Origin: an uncultured Gemmatimonadaceae bacterium
GTDB taxonomy: Bacteria; Gemmatimonadota; Gemmatimonadetes; Gemmatimonadales; Gemmatimonadaceae
Length of the DNA: 64,000 nucleotides
Direction: 5' to 3'
NCBI GenBank assembly: GCA_963716745.1
Contig: OY970320.1
Coordinates: 1,952,001-2,016,000, forward strand
The translations under genes and the position numbers were made by a program. Position 1 is the first letter of the stretch, and each line of letters opens with the position of its first letter. Below the pieces are notes generated by a model. The model made no database searches, was not told where the DNA came from, and worked only from the letters and a program-made list of their open reading frames with translations. This document shows, in pieces, positions 50,326 through 60,256 of this stretch.

Positions 50326-50888
50326 AGAGCGGCGTGTTCGTGGTGGCCGAACTCAGCGGTGCGGCCGCCGCGCGCGTGCTCGAAGTGCAGCGGTGGGCGG
50401 ATCCGCGCATGGCGGCAGGCACGCCACCGCATATCACACTCGCGGGTTCATCGGGCGCCGGGCCGATGCCCGCGAGCACGCCCGCCTCGCGCATCCGCGA
50501 ACTCGTGGAGCCGATCACGAACGACACGGCGCCGATCACCGTGCAGTTCGAGCGGCCCCACCGGTTCATGCAGACCGACATCGTGGTGCTTCCGGTGGAC
50601 CCGCACGGGCCCATCCGCACGCTGCACGAGCGGATCGCCGGCAGCGGGCTGGAGTTCGAGCGCCCTCGCTTCGCGTTCTCGCCGCATGCGACGCTGTCGT
50701 TCTTCCCGCGGCTCACGCCGGCGATGGAGCGGCGGCTCATGGCGGTGCGCGTCGAGGAGGCGGTCGTGCTGAACAACATTCAGTTCTATGTCCAGATTGA
50801 GCCCAGCGCGCCGAAACTACTGCTCGAGCTGGCGCTCCGGGGTGCGGGAAGCGGGAAGCGGGATTCGCCGCGGGAGGCGGGAGCGTGA
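50322..50888 (+). CDS. 2H phosphoesterase (2'-5' RNA ligase family)
   Basis: Two HxT motifs, PPHITL and FSPHATL; GTGA overlap with cls. Confidence 0.8.
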   Translation: MKSGVFVVAELSGAAAARVLEVQRWADPRMAAGTPPHITLAGSSGAGPMPASTPASRIRELVEPITNDTAPITVQFERPHRFMQTDIVVLPVDPHGPIRTLHERIAGSGLEFERPRFAFSPHATLSFFPRLTPAMERRLMAVRVEEAVVLNNIQFYVQIEPSAPKLLLELALRGAGSGKRDSPREAGA

Positions 50889-51013
50889 TAGCTGCGACAG
50901 CGAGGCGAATGATGATGGAAATGGCCAGCGGCGTGACAGTCTAGGCCGGATCGGGCATTACTCTCAGGCGCTCCCGCCGTCTTCACGCTGAAGACCTCAA
51001 CGGATCGCCTGCG

Positions 51014-51409
51014 ATGCATCCATCACGCCGTGCCGGATTCACTCTCATCGAGCTGCTGACCGTGGTCGTGATCATCGGCATCCTGGCCGCCATCGCGATC
51101 CCGAAGTTCTCGAACACGAAGGACAAGGCGCTAGAAGCGTCATTGAGCGCCGACATCCACCGGATGGCGAGCGATGAGGAGGGCTGGTACGCGGATCACG
51201 GGACGTATGCCGATGCCGCGACGATGGGATTCGTGGCGACGACGCAGAACACCGTGAACATGGGCGTTTCGGGCGTCGGTGGCTGGAGCGCCGAAGTCTA
51301 CTCCACGGCCGATACGCGCGCGTGGCGCTGTGGTCTCCAGATCGGGAACGTCGCGCCGGTGAGCGGGAAGATCCTGAGGGAGAGTGTGATCTTCTGCTAC
51401 GCTCCGTAA
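51014..51409 (+). CDS. Type IV pilin-like protein
   Basis: Class III signal RRAG/FTLIELLTVVVIIGILAAIAIPKF; C-terminal Cys pair. Confidence 0.92.
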   Translation: MHPSRRAGFTLIELLTVVVIIGILAAIAIPKFSNTKDKALEASLSADIHRMASDEEGWYADHGTYADAATMGFVATTQNTVNMGVSGVGGWSAEVYSTADTRAWRCGLQIGNVAPVSGKILRESVIFCYAP

Positions 51410-51416
51410 AATGCGG

Positions 51417-51463
51417 GCATCGTGCTGCGTGCATCGTGCGATGCACGATGCACGATGCACGAT
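51417..51463. repeat. Heptamer palindrome (CATCGTG-like / GATGCAC)n between convergent genes
   Basis: GCATCGTGCTGCGTGCATCGTGC followed by (GATGCAC)3; could form a hairpin. Confidence 0.7.
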
Positions 51464-51466
51464 GAA

Positions 51467-51961
51467 CTACAACGCTTTCTTGATCGCCGCCGCGAGATCC
51501 TGGTCGCCGCCGAGGCCGGTGTAGACGATGACGCCGGCCTTGTTCATCACCACCACATAGCTCGTCGCGGGCACGTCGTAGGCGCCCGTCGCGAGGCCGT
51601 GCGTATCGTAGAAGATCGCGTGCGTGAACGAATGCTTCGTCGCGTACGCCTTCACGCGCGCGGCGCTCTCGTTGGCGCTCACGGCTACGCCCACGAACTG
51701 CACGGTGCCGGCGTACTGTTTCACGAGCGACATGAGTTGCGGCTCGAGCGCGCGGCAGTTCTCGCACCAGGTGGCCCAGAATTCGAGCACCACCGGGCCT
51801 TTGCCAATGTACGCCGAGAGATTGGCGTCCTTACCGTCGAGCGTTTGCACGACCGCGGCGGGCGCAGCGCTCCCCACCGGGATCCCGAGGTCGCCCTGCT
51901 GCGCCGCTGCGACGATCACGCCCGCCACGATCGCGGCGCTCGCGAGGATGGTTCTCATCAT
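51467..51961 (-). CDS. TlpA/ResA-like thiol:disulfide oxidoreductase
   Basis: Signal peptide; VVLEFWATWCENC; YDVPATSY. Confidence 0.88.
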   Translation of the reverse strand: MMRTILASAAIVAGVIVAAAQQGDLGIPVGSAAPAAVVQTLDGKDANLSAYIGKGPVVLEFWATWCENCRALEPQLMSLVKQYAGTVQFVGVAVSANESAARVKAYATKHSFTHAIFYDTHGLATGAYDVPATSYVVVMNKAGVIVYTGLGGDQDLAAAIKKAL

Positions 51962-52647
51962 GTGAGCAGTTTCCCCATTTCGATCAAGTAGTACTCGGCG
52001 GCGCCCAAGAGGATGGCCGCGAGCGCCCGTTTCACCCACACCATCCATACACCGGCGCGCGGCATTCGGGCCAGGAATCCCGCCGACAGTCCGGCCGCAA
52101 CGAGCACCGCGCATAAGCCCAGCGAGAACACGAACAGGTAGATGAATCCGAGCGTGGGGCTGTGCTTCGTCGCGACCCACGTGAGGACACCCGCCATGAT
52201 CGGCGCGCCGCACGGTGCCGCGACCAATCCGCTTGCGGCGCCCATCGCGAACGCACCCGCTGCGCCGCCGCTGGCGCCGGCGTTCGAGGCGCGCCGCAGC
52301 ACCCACTGCGGCACCCGCACCGGGATCACATCGAGCATCGCGAGTGCGAAGAGCAGCAACAGGTTGGCCATGAGCAGCTGCAGCCACGGATTCGTGCTCA
52401 CGGTGCCGAAGATCGTTCCGGTCATGCCGGCGATGACGCCGAGCGCCGCATACACGATCGACAGCCCCAGGACATACGCGAGCGTGAGCATGACCGCTGG
52501 CCGCCGCGCCGTCTCACCCACCGACTGGCCCCCGACGATCGCGATCGTCACCGGGATCATCGGGTAAATGCACGGCGTGAAGCTCGTGAGGACCCCCGCC
52601 AGGAAGAGGGCGGGGAGGGCCGTAAGGGGGTTATCGAAGCTCGGCAA
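51958..52647 (-). CDS. ccdA: CcdA/DsbD-beta transmembrane electron transporter
   Basis: SFTPCIYPMIP and LVAAPCGAP Cys motifs; multi-TM. Confidence 0.85.
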   Translation of the reverse strand: MPSFDNPLTALPALFLAGVLTSFTPCIYPMIPVTIAIVGGQSVGETARRPAVMLTLAYVLGLSIVYAALGVIAGMTGTIFGTVSTNPWLQLLMANLLLLFALAMLDVIPVRVPQWVLRRASNAGASGGAAGAFAMGAASGLVAAPCGAPIMAGVLTWVATKHSPTLGFIYLFVFSLGLCAVLVAAGLSAGFLARMPRAGVWMVWVKRALAAILLGAAEYYLIEMGKLLT

Positions 52648-52805
52648 TTCTAATCAAGCGGTAGATAGGGGAGAGTGGGCCCGCGGGACTGGCACAACGG
52701 ACTGCGACGCTGGGGCGTAGGAGCCGTAGAGAGTGTTACGAAGGCACTTGGGAGTGGCATGCAACCGATTCCCGATGCACGACGAACGATGCCCGATGAA
52801 CGCGT

Positions 52806-53024
52806 TCATCGCGTCCTCGTCGGCCTCTCGGTCGGGAAGAGGCGGTCCGGTTTCGCGATGGTGTTGTCGATCACGTCGAGCAGCAGGAAGAGCGCGATGA
52901 GACACGCGAAGGTGAGGGCCACGACGACCACATAGTCCGCCCAGCGTCGGCGGATGAGGCGCCTGACATGGGAGAAGCGCCGGTGGCGCCTAGTCGAGCG
53001 GGTCGAGCGGGTCGAGGGATGCAT
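52806..53024 (-). CDS. Possible small single-pass membrane protein
   Basis: Basic N-terminus, then hydrophobic YVVVVALTFACLIALFLLL; fills an otherwise empty gap. Confidence 0.35.
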   Translation of the reverse strand: MHPSTRSTRSTRRHRRFSHVRRLIRRRWADYVVVVALTFACLIALFLLLDVIDNTIAKPDRLFPTERPTRTR

Positions 53025-53121
53025 TGGAGTTACGAGACAGCATACGTCGGAGCACGCCGCGACGCCAACGTCCTCCGCGATCGGTCGAGCGCGCGTTGAA
53101 CGCACACTGAGGAATCCGGGA

Positions 53122-54261
53122 ATGCTCTATCACGCCCCAACACTCACGGCCCGCGATCACGAGCGGGTGGACCGCATCCGTGCCCTGCACGAGAGCCTGA
53201 GTTACGCAGTCACGAATGCACCGTCTCGATGGCAGACGCTCTTCCGGCGCGACGCGTTGGCGCGCGCCGTGCGCGGATCGATCGCGATCGAAGGACTCGA
53301 ACTCAGCGTGGAAGATGCCATCGCCATCGGCGAGGGAGAATCCGCGATCGACGCGTCGCCGAGGGCGGTGGCGGCCGCCGAGGGCTTCACGATGGCCAAG
53401 AGCTACGTGCTGGAGCTCGCGACCGATCCGCACTTCGAATACTCCGACGCGCTCATTCGGAGCCTGCATTACATGATGATGCGGCACGATGCGTCCGCGA
53501 ATCCGGGGCGCTGGCGCTCGGGTCCGACGAACCTGCTCGACCCATCGCAGAAGGAGACGGTGTACGATGGGCCCGACGCCGGCGAGATCCCCGACCTCGC
53601 GCGTGAATTGTTCAATGATCTGAACGAGAGCGAACGCTCGACGATCCCATCGGTGGTGCGCGGCGCGGTGGCGTACGTGAATCTCCTGCTGCTGCAGCCC
53701 TTCTCCGACGGGAACGGCCGCATGGCGCGCTGCCTTCAGTCGCTCGTGACCGCCCGCGCCGAACCGCGTGCCCCGGAATACGGGAGCCTCTCGGAATACC
53801 TCGGCGCGAACACCGCCGCATATCGCGCCGCGATGAGGCAGGTATCGGGGCGCCGCTGGGAGCCGTCGCGCGACATCCGCTCGTGGCTCGACTTCTGTCT
53901 CACGGCGCACGAGCAGCATCTCCAGACCCTGCTGAACCGCGCGCGCGACATGGAGCGGCTCTGGGACCTGCTCGAGGCGGAGGTGCGCCGGCACGAATTG
54001 CCCGAGCGCGTGATCTGCGCGCTGCTCGATGCCGCCGGCGGTTCGCGCGTACGGAACGCGATGTACCGCAGCGCGGCCGAGATCTCCGACCAGGTGGCCG
54101 GTCGCGATCTCGTGCAGGCGGTGGGCGCAGGCCTGCTCGTGAGCCAGGGCGATGGGCGAGGCCGGTTCTACAAGCGCTCGGAAGAGCTTCGGGCTCTCCG
54201 CGACCGGACGCATGCGCCGGAGCGGGCGCGGAACGGAGCGGTGGCGGCCGCGGTGGGTTAA
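53122..54261 (+). CDS. Fic family protein with C-terminal HTH-like region; catalytic His reads Gln
   Basis: GSIAIEG inhibitory motif, NPGRWR, QPFSDGNGRMAR. Confidence 0.85.
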   Translation: MLYHAPTLTARDHERVDRIRALHESLSYAVTNAPSRWQTLFRRDALARAVRGSIAIEGLELSVEDAIAIGEGESAIDASPRAVAAAEGFTMAKSYVLELATDPHFEYSDALIRSLHYMMMRHDASANPGRWRSGPTNLLDPSQKETVYDGPDAGEIPDLARELFNDLNESERSTIPSVVRGAVAYVNLLLLQPFSDGNGRMARCLQSLVTARAEPRAPEYGSLSEYLGANTAAYRAAMRQVSGRRWEPSRDIRSWLDFCLTAHEQHLQTLLNRARDMERLWDLLEAEVRRHELPERVICALLDAAGGSRVRNAMYRSAAEISDQVAGRDLVQAVGAGLLVSQGDGRGRFYKRSEELRALRDRTHAPERARNGAVAAAVG

Positions 54262-54315
54262 CGAATGGCGGCGGCGCTCGTCTCAGCAACGGCACCACTC
54301 CAACGGGGGACCGTC

Positions 54316-55083
54316 ATGTTGCGCCGCGCGTTGTGCCTTGCCGCCGTGATACTCGCCATCCTGCTGCTCGCGATCCTGCCGGTGCACTCGCAGGCCGCGC
54401 CGAGCGCGCCGATGGCCGGCATGAAGATGGATCCCGACACGAGCGACGTGCTCGCGTCGGATGCGAACGAGCAGATGAGCGGCATGCTGATGGACAGCCC
54501 GCACATGAAGATGACGCCGCTGGGCGCGCCCAAGGCGGGCGACTCCGTGCGCGCGGACAGCATCGTGCGCGAACTGCGCGTGGCGCTCGCGCGCTACCAG
54601 GACTACAACGTGGCGCTGGCGGACGGATTCCGGATCTTCCTGCCCAAAGTGCCGCAGAAGGTGTATCACTTCTCGAACCTGCACAGCGCGGTGTACGCCG
54701 CGTTCACTTTCGACCCGGCGCGTCCGACGAGTCTGTTGTATCGCAAGACCGCGGACGGCTACAAGCTGGTGGGCGCGATGTACACCGCGCCGAAGCGCGA
54801 GGATCTGGCGCAGCTCAACGAGCGCGTGCCGCTGAGCGTGGCCCAATGGCACGAGCACGTGAACATCTGCGTGCCGCCCAAGGATCAGCTGAAGCGCATG
54901 ACCGAGACGCAGGACGGCAAGCTGCTGTTCGGCACGAAAGGTTCGATCGCGACGCAGGAAGCGTGCGACAAGGCCGGCGGTCGCTTCTACCCGCTGCTGT
55001 TCGGCTGGATGGTGCACGTGAATCCGTGGGAAACGGATCCCAAGCTGATCTGGGGGACGCACGAACACGGCCACGTGGATTGA
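54316..55083 (+). CDS. Secreted hypothetical protein (Met-rich N-terminus, His motifs)
   Basis: Signal peptide; FDPARPTSLLY, LVGAMY, WHEHVNIC, GWMVHV. Confidence 0.75.
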   Translation: MLRRALCLAAVILAILLLAILPVHSQAAPSAPMAGMKMDPDTSDVLASDANEQMSGMLMDSPHMKMTPLGAPKAGDSVRADSIVRELRVALARYQDYNVALADGFRIFLPKVPQKVYHFSNLHSAVYAAFTFDPARPTSLLYRKTADGYKLVGAMYTAPKREDLAQLNERVPLSVAQWHEHVNICVPPKDQLKRMTETQDGKLLFGTKGSIATQEACDKAGGRFYPLLFGWMVHVNPWETDPKLIWGTHEHGHVD

Positions 55084-55177
55084 ACTCGGCGGCGTGATCG
55101 CGGGGTGACGGACGAGCGGAGCGGATAGTCTCTGAGGCAGTGCATTCGACTCCCGACTTCCGACTCCCGAGCGCTAA

Positions 55178-56164
55178 TTGACCGCCGCTCCTCCCCGCTC
55201 CACGACATACCTGATCACGGGCGGCGCCGGCTTCATTGGCTCGCATCTCTCCGATGTACTGCTCGCCGCGGGCCAGCGCGTGCTGTCCATCGACAACCTG
55301 TCCACCGGGCGCATCGAGAACATCGCGCACCTGCTGGGCCACCCGCAGTTCCATTTCGCGCAGGCGTCGATCACCGAGAAAGTGGTGCTCGACCGGCTCG
55401 CGTCGCAGGCGGACGTCATCATCCATCTTGCGGCCGCGGTTGGCGTGCAGCTCATCGTCGAGCATCCGGTGCACACGATCGAGACGAACGTCGCCGGCAC
55501 GGACGCGGTGCTGCGCGTGGCGCAGACGTACCGCGCGCGTGTGCTCATCGCGAGCACGAGCGAAGTGTACGGCAAAGGGAGCAAGCTGCCGTTCGCCGAA
55601 GAGGACGACGTCCTGCTCGGCGCCACTTCCAAGAGCCGCTGGGGCTACGCCGCGAGCAAGATGATCGATGAGTTCCTCGCGCTCGCGTATCACCGCGAAT
55701 ACGGATCGCCGGTGGTGGTGTTCCGGCTGTTCAACACCGTGGGTCCCCGGCAAACGGGACAGTACGGCATGGTGGTGCCGCGCCTGATGCGCCAGGCGCT
55801 GCGCGGCGAGCCGCTCACGGTATTCGGCGACGGCACGCAGCAGCGCTGCTTTTGCGACGTGCGCGATGTGGTGCAGGCGATCGTCGGACTCGCGCATCAT
55901 CCCGCCGCGCTGGGGCGCGTGTTCAATGTGGGCAGCGAGGAGGAGATCTCCATCCTCGAGCTCGCCAAGCGCATCAAGGCGCTCACGAATTCCAAGAGCG
56001 AGATCAAGCACGTGCCATACGCCGAGGCATACGCGCCCGGCTTCGAAGACATGGCACGCCGCGTACCGGACATCTCGCGCGTGAGAGCGCTGCTCGGCTG
56101 GAGTCCGCGGCGGCCGCTCGCCGAGACGCTGGAAGCGGTGCGCGAGCACGAGGCGCGCGCGTGA
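55178..56164 (+). CDS. NAD-dependent nucleotide-sugar epimerase/dehydratase (extended SDR)
   Basis: ITGGAGFIGSHL, HLAAAVGV, STSEVYG, YAASK, RLFNTVGPRQ. Confidence 0.92.
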   Translation: MTAAPPRSTTYLITGGAGFIGSHLSDVLLAAGQRVLSIDNLSTGRIENIAHLLGHPQFHFAQASITEKVVLDRLASQADVIIHLAAAVGVQLIVEHPVHTIETNVAGTDAVLRVAQTYRARVLIASTSEVYGKGSKLPFAEEDDVLLGATSKSRWGYAASKMIDEFLALAYHREYGSPVVVFRLFNTVGPRQTGQYGMVVPRLMRQALRGEPLTVFGDGTQQRCFCDVRDVVQAIVGLAHHPAALGRVFNVGSEEEISILELAKRIKALTNSKSEIKHVPYAEAYAPGFEDMARRVPDISRVRALLGWSPRRPLAETLEAVREHEARA

Positions 56165-56907
56165 CGCAGCCCCGGCTTCTGAGCATCATCATGCCGTGCT
56201 ACAACGAGGCGCGCGGCGTGGACCGCACCCTCGACGCGCTGGAGCAGTTGCGCACGCGGCTCGCGGCGCAGTTCGTGACCGTGGAGATCATCGCGGTGGA
56301 CGACGGCTCCAAGGACGGCACCGCGGAGCGCCTCGATGCGCGCGCGGCCACCATGCAGCGGCTCACCGTGGTGCGGCAGCCCGAGAACCGCGGCAAGGGC
56401 GCGGCGATCCGCGCGGGACGCGAGCAGGTGAGAGGCGAGTTCGTGGTGTTCCAGGATGCCGACATGGAGCTCGATCCGGCCGACATCCCGCGCCTCATCG
56501 CGCCGCTGCTCGACGGCCGTGCCGACGCGGTACTCGGCAGCCGCTTCGCGCGGCGCGAGGAGCATCAGGTGCGGAATTACTTTCACCGCCTGGGGAACAC
56601 CGCGCTGACCACGATGTCGAACGTGTTCACGGGGCTCGATCTCACCGATATGGAGACGGGCTACAAGGCGTTCACGGCGCGGGCGTTCAAACTGATGCAC
56701 ATGACGAGTGACCGGTTCGGGATGGAGCCCGAGATCGTCGCGCGATTGGCGCAGATGCGGGCGCGGGTGTACGAGGTGCCGATCTCATATACCGGGCGCA
56801 CGTACGCCGAGGGGAAGAAGATCACGTGGCGGGACGGCGTCGCGGTGTTCTGGCACATCCTCAAGGCATGGGCGAGTTCGGGGGACCAGCCGAAACTGAC
56901 GCGACGC
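56161..56907 (+). CDS. GT2 polyprenyl-phosphate glycosyltransferase (DPM/ArnC-like); 3' end uncertain because the frame runs into the next gene
   Basis: IIMPCYNE, VDDGSKDGT, NRGKGAA, QDADME, TDMETGYK, GKKITWRDG. Confidence 0.85.
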
Positions 56908-58291
56908 ATGATGCCGCGGTGGCTGGTCGCGTTGGCGTTGCCGGTGCTGGCCGCAGTCGCGTTCTGGTGGTGCTGCCCGCCGCAGTATCGCGTGGCCGAG
57001 AGCACCGACTACGAGGGGTTCTACCGCCCGGTGGCGATGCAGGTGCTGCAAGGCAACGGACTCGTCACCGAGAGTGGGGCGCCGGCGCTGCGGTACCCGC
57101 CCGGGTATCCGCTGCTCGTGGCGGCGTCGTCGGCGTAGGGAACGCCATCGGCCTCCCCGAGTCGACATGCGCTCGACTTGCTCACGTCTCGTGTGCATCG
57201 CGCTCTCGTCGCTCTTTCTGTACCTCATCGCGCGCGACATGTGGGGCGGACGGTCTGGCGCTGCTGCCGAGTGTGGCGTGGAGCACGTATCCGCTCGCGC
57301 TGTGGCTCACGAAGCAGCCGAACAGCGAAGTGCCGTTCACGGCGGTGCTGTTCGCTGGCGCGCTCGTGATGTGGCGATTGCTGCGCGGCGCGAAGCCGGA
57401 CCTCGGCCTCGCCGCGGCGGCCGGTGCGTTGGCGGGCGCGGCGATGCTCGTGCGACCGATCGCGATCTCTGCTGCCGCTGGCGTTCTGCGTGCTCGTGTG
57501 GCGCTTGGGCGGCGTGTGGGACCGGCGCGGGCGCGTGCTCGCTGGCGCCGCGATCATCGTACGTGAGCGTCGCGGTGGTGCTGCCATGGGAGGTGCACGC
57601 GAGTCGCGCCGAGGGGCGATTCGTGATGCTTAGCACGGGCGGCGTGCCGAGCATGCGCGACGGACTGACCTTCGGCGTGAACGCGGACAAGGGATACCGG
57701 CACGGGATCTATGTGCCAGATGCGATCCGCACCGTGATGATCAATTTCTACGCGAAGTACGACAGCCTCGACTCGTTCGGTGCGATCGCGCGAGAAGGAA
57801 TGCACGAGCTGGTCACGCACCCGGTGGGGATGGCCGGATTGGTAGGGATGAAGCTGCTGCGCGCATGGTACGGCACCGACAGCCAGCGATTGGATCTGTA
57901 CATCGCGCTGGTGCAGGTGGTGTATCTGGCGCTGCTCGCGCGCGCGGCGCGGGTCGCATGGAGATCGGGAGGCGAACGCCGGCGCTCCGCGACATTGGTG
58001 ATGGTGCTCATCGCCTATTTCTGGCTGATGAGCGCGCTGGCGCTGCCGCTGGTGCGGTACATGGTGCCGGCGATCGGGTTGGGGTTCCTCTGGTTGCCGG
58101 TGCTCGCGGAGAAGCAGGAGACGCGCCGGGATGTACTTGCCACTCTGTCCACTCAGTTCGCGCGGTGGCTATGTTCTTGGCGATCGCTAACGCGGGAAAA
58201 TCCGCAATGGCGCCCGAGCACAACTGACTATAATATTTGCTCGAAGCGCTACCGGCCAGCGGCTCCGAGTGCGATTCGCACGTCAAAATGA
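56908..58291 (+). CDS. GT-C (ArnT-like) membrane glycosyltransferase, several frameshifts between 57130 and 57560
   Basis: RYPPGYP, YP...SEVPF, AAMLVRP, LVRYMVP segments spread across frames; multi-TM. Confidence 0.6.
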
Positions 58292-59270
58292 TCCAGTAGG
58301 TAGCGTATCGCCGAGGCGAGAGCGGCAACATCGCCGGGTGGCACAGTAATCCAGGTGACTCCATTGGTAATCGTTTGGGCCAGACCGTCGACGGCGCTCG
58401 CGATCACCGGAGTATTCGTGGCAATCGCCCCCGACCGCGACGATTCCCAGGGCTTCTGACCTGCTCGGCACCACCACAAGAATCGAGGCCGCCATCCTGG
58501 CCAGCAGCTCGGGCCTCGGCAAGCTACCTGCGAAGATGCAGACGTCACGAAGACCAAATTGGTCGACGGCTGCCTCCAACCTGGCCCGATCCGCGACGAT
58601 CTCCTGCGATGACGGCTCTGATAAAGGGGTGAGTTCGAGAACGTGGCGAGCGCAGCGATCGGTAGTCCTGACCCTGCTGGAGATCAGGCGCCCCGGGCAA
58701 ACGATTTCCGAGTTCTCGAGCGACTGTCGAGCGCGGGATCGGATACCCCAATAGGAAATGCGCAGACGCGCTCTGCGGGGACGCGATACCGCTCGATTAG
58801 GTCCCTGCGGGACGCAGCCGAGTTGGCGATGACATGTGTGCAACGAGGGTAGAGCAAGCGCCGATATGCGACAATTCTGGCACGCCGGTGAAGTGAATCT
58901 TTGGTGTCCTGAAGAATCTGCTGAAGCATTGTATGATACCAGCAGACTCGAACGGGCACGTCGAAGAGCCAGCCGGCGATCGTAACGATCGAATTCGCGC
59001 CGAAGTTCGCGATGACGCAATCGGGTCGCTCCTCCCGAATGAGCTTCACAAAGAACAACAGGTCAGCGACCTGCGTGGGACGCGCGCTAGGCCACGACAC
59101 AATCCGTGGGTTGCTCGATCTAGCTGTGACGCGCGAGACCGAGCGGTGGTCGCATACGATTATGACTCTATGTCCCCGGTCCACGAGCTCAGCGGCTAAC
59201 CTTTGGAACGAAGTCGAAACTGCGCCCCGGTTTAGGCTGATCGCGATGATAAGTGTGACAAGAGATTCAT
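58249..59270 (-). pseudogene. GT4 glycosyltransferase, fragmented, antisense to the cluster
   Basis: LVDRGHRV, ERPDCV, HVIANS, VVPSRSEALGIV, PVIASAVDGL, VPPGDVAALA in successive frames; no clean start. Confidence 0.7.
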
Positions 59271-59396
59271 TGAATGAGTTTCCAGCCTACCACGGATATA
59301 CTTCGAATCGACCAAACATTTGTGCCGAATAGTGCTACTCGCCCCTATATATTACGCACTTCGAACCATTATCGCGGAGTGCGACTGACAGTACCG

Positions 59397-60256
59397 ATGA
59401 GCCAAGTGACTGGTGAAGGCGTCGATGAGTCGCTAGACGGGCACTCACGGTCATCGAGCCCGCGCGCGGCTGGGTGTCCCTGAAACTGCGCGAAGTGTGG
59501 GCGTCGCACGAGCTGCTGTACTTCCTCGTGTGGCGCGACATCAAGGTCCGCTACAAGCAAACGGCACTCGGCGCCGCGTGGGCGATCATCCAGCCCCTGC
59601 TCACGATGGTGGTGTTCAGCCTGTTCTTTGGGCGGCTCGCCAAGGTGCCGTCCGACGGGATCCCGTACCCGCTCTTCTCGTTCACGGCGCTCGTTCCCTG
59701 GACGTTCTTCGCGACCGGGCTCACGATGAGCTCCAACTCGCTCGTGGGCAGCGCGAATCTCGTGCAAAAAGTCTACTTCCCGCGCCTGATCATCCCGATC
59801 GCCACCGTGCTATCGGGCCTCGTCGATTTCGTGATCGCAATGCTCGTGCTCTTCGCCATGATGGCGTGGTATCATGTCGCGCCCACCTGGAATGTGCTGT
59901 GGTTGCCGGCGTTCATCGTGCTCGCCTGCGTCACCGCGCTTGGCGTGGGGCTCTGGCTCTCGGCCATGAACGTGAAGTACCGCGACGTCCGGTTCGTCGT
60001 GCCCTTCCTGGCACAACTCTGGATGTACGCGACACCGGTCGCGTACCCGAGTTCACTGCTTCCTCCTCCGTGGCGCACGCTGTTCGGGCTCAATCCGATG
60101 GCAGGTGTCGTCGAAGGGTTCCGCTGGGCGCTGCTCGGCGTGAACACGCAGCCGGGCCCGATGCTCCTCGCGAGCTCACTGGCCGCGATCGCGATCCTCG
60201 CCAGCGGCGCGTTCTATTTCCGCCGCATGGAACGCCTCTTCGCGGACATCGTCTGA
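59397..60256 (+). CDS. wzm: Polysaccharide ABC transporter permease (Wzm); probable frameshift near 59445
   Basis: [43 protein letters not shown]. Confidence 0.9.

Noticed and set aside
49131..50888. Apparent PLD plus 2H phosphoesterase fusion (585-aa ORF)
   Set aside because: Artefact of the cls frameshift; the second HKD half is in another frame and ends at 50325, overlapping a separate GTG start
52993..53019. (GTCGAGCGG) repeated about three times
   Set aside because: Too short and isolated to support a function
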